DNA of 64,000 nt from Octopus vulgaris. Lineage: Eukaryota. The position numbers and the translations under genes are program-made. The stretch lies in contig OX597830.1 of the NCBI GenBank assembly GCA_951406725.2, positions 28,768,001 through 28,832,000 of the forward strand. Direction: 5' to 3'. Of this stretch, positions 58,261-64,000 are shown one piece after another (position 1 is the stretch's first letter; each line of letters opens with the position of its first letter). Under the pieces are notes generated by a model. It was not told the DNA's origin. It saw nothing but the letters and a program-made list of their open reading frames with translations, and searched no databases.

Positions 58261-59050
58261 GCGGCTATCGCCGTCGTCGTCGTCGTCGTTACCATGATCA
58301 TCATCATTATCATCATCTTCATCCTGATCATCATCAAGAACATCATCATGATCATCATCGTCATTATCATCATCATCGTCATTATCATCATCATCATCAT
58401 CAGCAGCAGCAACGACGTCGTGGACTTCATCATCGTTATCATCATAATCGTCGTCGTCTTCTTTATTGTCATCACAATCACCACCACCACCACCACCACC
58501 ACCACCACCATCCCCGTCAGCATCCTCCTCCTCATCATCATCTTCATCATCACGAGCATCACCATTGCTGCAGCCAACGCCGCCGCAGACACACCTCTAC
58601 CACCACAACCACCAACTTCCAGATCGACAACAACAACATCAGTAACAATCCCTGTCAGTATACAATCGCCATCATCAGACAACACCACCACCACCACCAC
58701 CACCACCACCGCCGGTGCCGCCACCGCCGCCGCCGCCGCTGTCTCCAACCCCACCACTACCGTCGTCGCTGCCAACACCACCGACACCCGTTACCATTTA
58801 CTACAATCTCTGCCATGATCCTCACCCCTCAGAACCACTAGGCCCTCTCACTCTCACTCCCTCTATGTCTATCTCGCCTCTGCTCTCCACACCACAGACT
58901 TTCAAACCCTGTCTCTTTCGAACCACCCTCCTTCCCTCCCTCACACCCCACCACTTTTCTACCTCCATCACCCACCCCACTCCCTCCAACCGCGCCGTCA
59001 CCACCGCGCCCGCCGTCTCCGCCGTCTTAATCGCAGTTCGTCGTCACCAT
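58180..59050. repeat. Second C-rich (CAT/CAC/CGC)n domain
   Basis: Direct reading; source of the His-rich 232-aa ORF. Confidence 0.92.
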
Positions 59051-59364
59051 CCACACATCTATGTTATAAGCCCATCGACATTTTATATACAGCATCTTTT
59101 TCTGTGAGTCATCTGCCAATGCAAAGTCTGAGAGCAGAGAGGAGAAGCTTGTCGTTTCTGGCTTTCTTATTTATCTGGTTGGTGTGTTGGGCGGATGGGT
59201 ATATGGAGAGAGTTAAGCATGTAAGTAAGTTTGTATGTACGAACGCAGGATGCGTGCTATGTATTGCGTATGTATGTACGCATAGATGCATGCACGTGGC
59301 TGTATAGAAGGAAGCAGGGATGCAGAGATGCTGGGATATATGTTTGAAGGGACTGGAAGGAGGA

Positions 59365-59405
<41 letters not shown>

Positions 59406-59431
59406 TGCACGCATGCATGTCTACATGTATG

Positions 59432-59467
<36 letters not shown>

Positions 59468-59629
59468 TATATTTATTTATGGATGAATATATATGAATAG
59501 ATGTAAGCAAAATGCATGTCTGTATGTAAGTATATGTGAATTTGTGTATGACAGAGTTCGTGGATACATGAAGACATGTAGGTATGGATAGACATCATAT
59601 AGGAATATCTGCATGGTCGCACATGCTTC

Positions 59630-59734
<105 letters not shown>

Positions 59735-59990
59735 TGTATGTATGTATGTATGTATGTATGTATGTATGTATGTATCTATCTATCTATCTGCCCATCTGTC
59801 TAGCTGTATGGGTATGCGTGTGTGTATATATTCATGCAAAATATAAGCAAATGTATATTAGGGAAGTAGGATTCTTCATGAATATGTAGTAATTAAGAAG
59901 TATGCATATATGTGTGTGTGTGTGTGTGTGTATCTGTAAGTATGTGCTTGTGAGTGTATGTTTTTATATATATATGTGTGTATATGTATG

Positions 59991-60039
<49 letters not shown>

Positions 60040-60615
60040 ATCTATCTATATATATATACGCACGCAAGGCCCACACACACTGGCACACACATACATGTCA
60101 CACGCCAGTTACGTTTGACCATATACCTTCACAAGGAATATTCCCTCCTAAGGTCGATCTCTGCCCAAACATGCCTTCCCCACGGTGAAGTCGACAATAC
60201 TTGTTATCTCCAAAACGTCGCACTGCACTTTCTTGTCGCTCTTTCAAGTTGTTCTTGGCGAATGTAAGCACTGAGAACAAATAACGCATAGTATTATATC
60301 TAGCTTTAATGATTGTCATCATCTCTGTCTTTGTTCTTATTCTGTCTACTAGGGACCCGAATGTTTAGTTGATCCCTGATGTTACTAGACTTGACAATTT
60401 CTTGTTTTAGTGTTTACAATTTCTTTACTATTTGAACACAGCAATTTGGGGTTCAATTTCTAGACAGTGAGATATTTATTGGAACTGAACAAATATTCTT
60501 TATCCATCTTCTGAAATCAGTATGGTGGGCTGTAGAAAATGTATACTTGGTTAGATCTATGTATAAGAAAGTACTTTACAACAAGCATGATTTGAAATAT
60601 TTATGCATACGTATA

Positions 60616-60832
60616 CGAGAAGTTACTGAAAACTCCTGGCTTTAAGGATTTTGCAAAAGGCCTTAGTTGGAGGCCCAAACTTCCCAATTCTGTTGAAGGG
60701 CTTAGAAAAAATGAAAGGACCATGCGATGAGTCTGTGAATCTGAGAGGAGAATATGCTGAATAAAATCATAATTAACAGATGCTCCTGTATTTTCTTTTA
60801 CTCAAAACCAGGAATTTTTCATCTGCCCCTCG
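60616..60832 (+). mobile_element. Mariner-derived non-autonomous element with TA target duplication
   Basis: TA|CGAG..TGAAAACTCCTGG and CCAGGAATTTTTCA..CTCG|TA termini; internal KGLEKMKGPCDESVNLRGEYAE* resembles the mariner transposase C-terminus (G--KL--RW-KC----G-Y-E). Confidence 0.8.
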
Positions 60833-61100
60833 TACAAACATAATCTGGTACAGTGGAGAGCAGAGAGAAACAAAGACACTTCGTAAACACCGCTACAACC
60901 AGCTGCACACGAAAATCTAGGTTGGTGCGCATCTTCTGATTAGACAAGAAAAACAAGGTGAAAGACATGTGTTTCCCGGTCCATGTTATAATAATACTAC
61001 GCTATTATGATCGCGATCCCAGCATCCTAATCGAGTGCTTTCCGTATGTATGCGTTTGGGCGTGAGTGCGCGCTTGTGTATGTGTGTTTGTGTGTGTGTG

Positions 61101-61134
<34 letters not shown>

Positions 61135-61309
61135 TATACACACACATTATATATATGTACATGTATATATATGTATATATATATACGTATATATATGTAC
61201 ATTATATATGTATACATATATAGGTATATATATATATTTATGTATATAAATATATACATCTATTGATACAAATATACATGTGCACATGCACATATATATA
61301 CATACACAT

Positions 61310-61341
<32 letters not shown>

Positions 61342-62950
61342 GCATGCATATATTATACATAAATACATAAATATATAGATAGATAGATGGTTCATAAGGT
61401 AGCTCTTTGATCGATGTCGAATGCATTGATGGCTGAATCAATGTGGCTACGTCAATGACAGACTAATCAAAATTTAGATAGTTATTATAATGCCCCGGTT
61501 CATGGGGTTGGTTTTCTTAGTCATCGTTATAGGTTCGCTAGTAACTTATTTGACGATTGTGTTGTATCTTATCATTTTGACGGCAGTGACGGTGATGTAA
61601 ATAGTTTAAGTATTTTTACAGGTGATGCTGGTGTAATTGTCATTCCGTTTTTAAGTTTCTTTTTCTCATCGTAGCAGCTTTAATGTTGGTGGCTCAGAAG
61701 ATTCTACCGATGGTCGAAGTTGGTCGTTTCTGGAACCTTATTGAAAGCGTTCCCATTATGAGCTTCCAGTTTCTTTTTCCATTTTTTCAAAATAGCATAT
61801 ATCCTCCAGATAGTATTATCTCGCGGTCTTCCTTGCGGGTCAGACTCTGGAGTGGATTTTTGAGTAGGTTCATGATAGATGTATGGGTAGCAGGGGCACT
61901 GTCTCAAATGTTGAAACAGTATCCATTGCAAATCTCTTCGGTACTTGGAAAATATCAAATACCAGAAGGGTCTTCGAAGTCAAAAAGTATCTGACCTTAA
62001 CGGATGAGGTCTTACGCATATCAAAATGTCGAAAAAAATTTTGCTTCGGTGAGAAAGCGGAAGTAGTTCTGTCAATGCTGAGAGTGGAGATTGTATTTGA
62101 AATCGTGCCATAGTAATGTAAATGGTCATGCATCAGAAAGAAATGGTTCATTTCCTTTTAGTGGTTTTAAAAATTTAGTTGGTATTTGATTATGGGGTGG
62201 TTGAATAGTGTGCATATGTGTATGTTTGTTTCGGTATGCATGTGAGCGTACAGTTGTATGTGTGTGTGCATGATGTGTGTATGTGTGTGTGTGTATGTGT
62301 GTGTGTGTGTGTATGTGAGTGTGTAATCATAGTTGTGCGATCGTTGGCAGGTAGGAACAGGTTACGTGTACTCTACATATTCGCTAATTGTTTCGTAGGT
62401 GTCCATATGTTGGCCAGAAGTGCGGCACACATTCAGCCTGCATACAATTGACCCCTCGAAGATGTGATAAACCGAGGGTAAGACACACATCTAGGCTGTC
62501 GGCTGCTAAGAATATTTAACTGTGTGGGCTGGTAGAACGTGAAATGAAGCGCTTTGCTCAAACAAACCAGTACACAACACTTTATCCTATCCGAGAATCA
62601 CAGCAAACATTTCTTGAACACATAGTCAACACACTTAACACCAGAGTATACGCTTTCATATGTAAATATTAAGAGTACATATAAAACATGAAGTAAGAAT
62701 TATTATGCAAAAATATTAAAGACTCCAGTAAGAAAAAGAGAGAAAGACACAGATTCTTTCATAACTGTGTTCCTTTGAATGCATGTATTGTATATATACA
62801 TTCACAGAAACACATAAGCGCACACATACGCACACAACCACACACGCATAGATGCATACACAGAGACACATACACATTTATGCGCATATATATATTTATA
62901 TTTAGATATATATGTATGTACATACTCATATGTACACACACACACAGTTA

Positions 62951-62998
<48 letters not shown>

Positions 62999-63004
62999 CT
63001 CTTA

Positions 63005-63069
<65 letters not shown>

Positions 63070-63412
63070 GGAGAAGAGAGAAGTAGAGCAAGAGAAAGGG
63101 AGCAAAAGATCTCCTTTTTTACGAGGGGGCGGGGATGGAAATGTACTGACAGTAAATGTAAAAGCGGAAAAAAGATATTAGAGAGACTAAGATATGATAA
63201 GAGAGAAAGAAAGCCTGGGAGTTTTTCCCGAAATAACATTTATGCCTATGTATCGAAATATAATGTCATATATTTATATGTTCGAATCAGTCATATACAT
63301 AACTCAATCGTTGCATCACACCATCATCTTAGGTACGCTAACTCACTCTCGCGCTATCACTATGTATGTATATACATACATAGATACATAGATACATACA
63401 TATATATATATG

Positions 63413-63902
<490 letters not shown>

Positions 63903-64000
63903 ACATACACACACACACGCACACATATATATACACACATATGTATGTATGTATGTATGTATGTATAATGTCACTCCATCTCTTTCTATCTCGTTTGCTT

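Noticed and set aside
58143-58841. His-rich 232-aa ORF as a metal-binding or beak-type protein
   Set aside because: Overlapping frames on both strands are equally open; it is a (CAT/CAC)n artefact with no ATG start or signal peptide.
60100-60320. 74-aa minus-strand ORF as a LINE fragment
   Set aside because: No diagnostic RT or endonuclease motif could be identified.
61620-62160. Overlapping 76-103 aa ORFs in complex sequence
   Set aside because: All frames are interrupted and no motif was recognised; probably a decayed TE, but unsupported without BLASTX.

Overview
AT-rich eukaryotic non-coding DNA (intronic or intergenic). No protein-coding gene, rRNA, true tRNA or CRISPR array can be supported. 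Nearly all ORFs in the track are translations of (TA)n, (CA)n, (ATAC)n, (AGAT)n, (TTA)n or degenerate (GGT/CAT/CAC)n tracts, or of SINEs. The rest is a dense retro-element graveyard: about 15 copies of a tRNA/CORE-like SINE with an internal microsatellite (family A), many copies of a second tRNA-headed SINE including a TSD-bounded trimer (family B), two copies of a (GAA)n-tailed SINE (family C), an older unclassified repeat (family D), two RTE LINE 3' ends, a mariner-derived MITE, two hAT-type MITEs and several Penelope-like (PLE) terminal relics. The repeats look to me like those of Octopus (recognition from memory, not a database result). The best candidate for something novel is a minus-strand minimal type I hammerhead ribozyme at 30980-31030. 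It has a compensatory G3:C8 core swap and sits in the loop of a 49-bp inverted repeat. Also notable: a head-to-head SINE hairpin, an ETS-CRE/YY1/E-box promoter-like island, two frame-preserving small-exon candidates, and an inverted duplication inside the G-rich domain.
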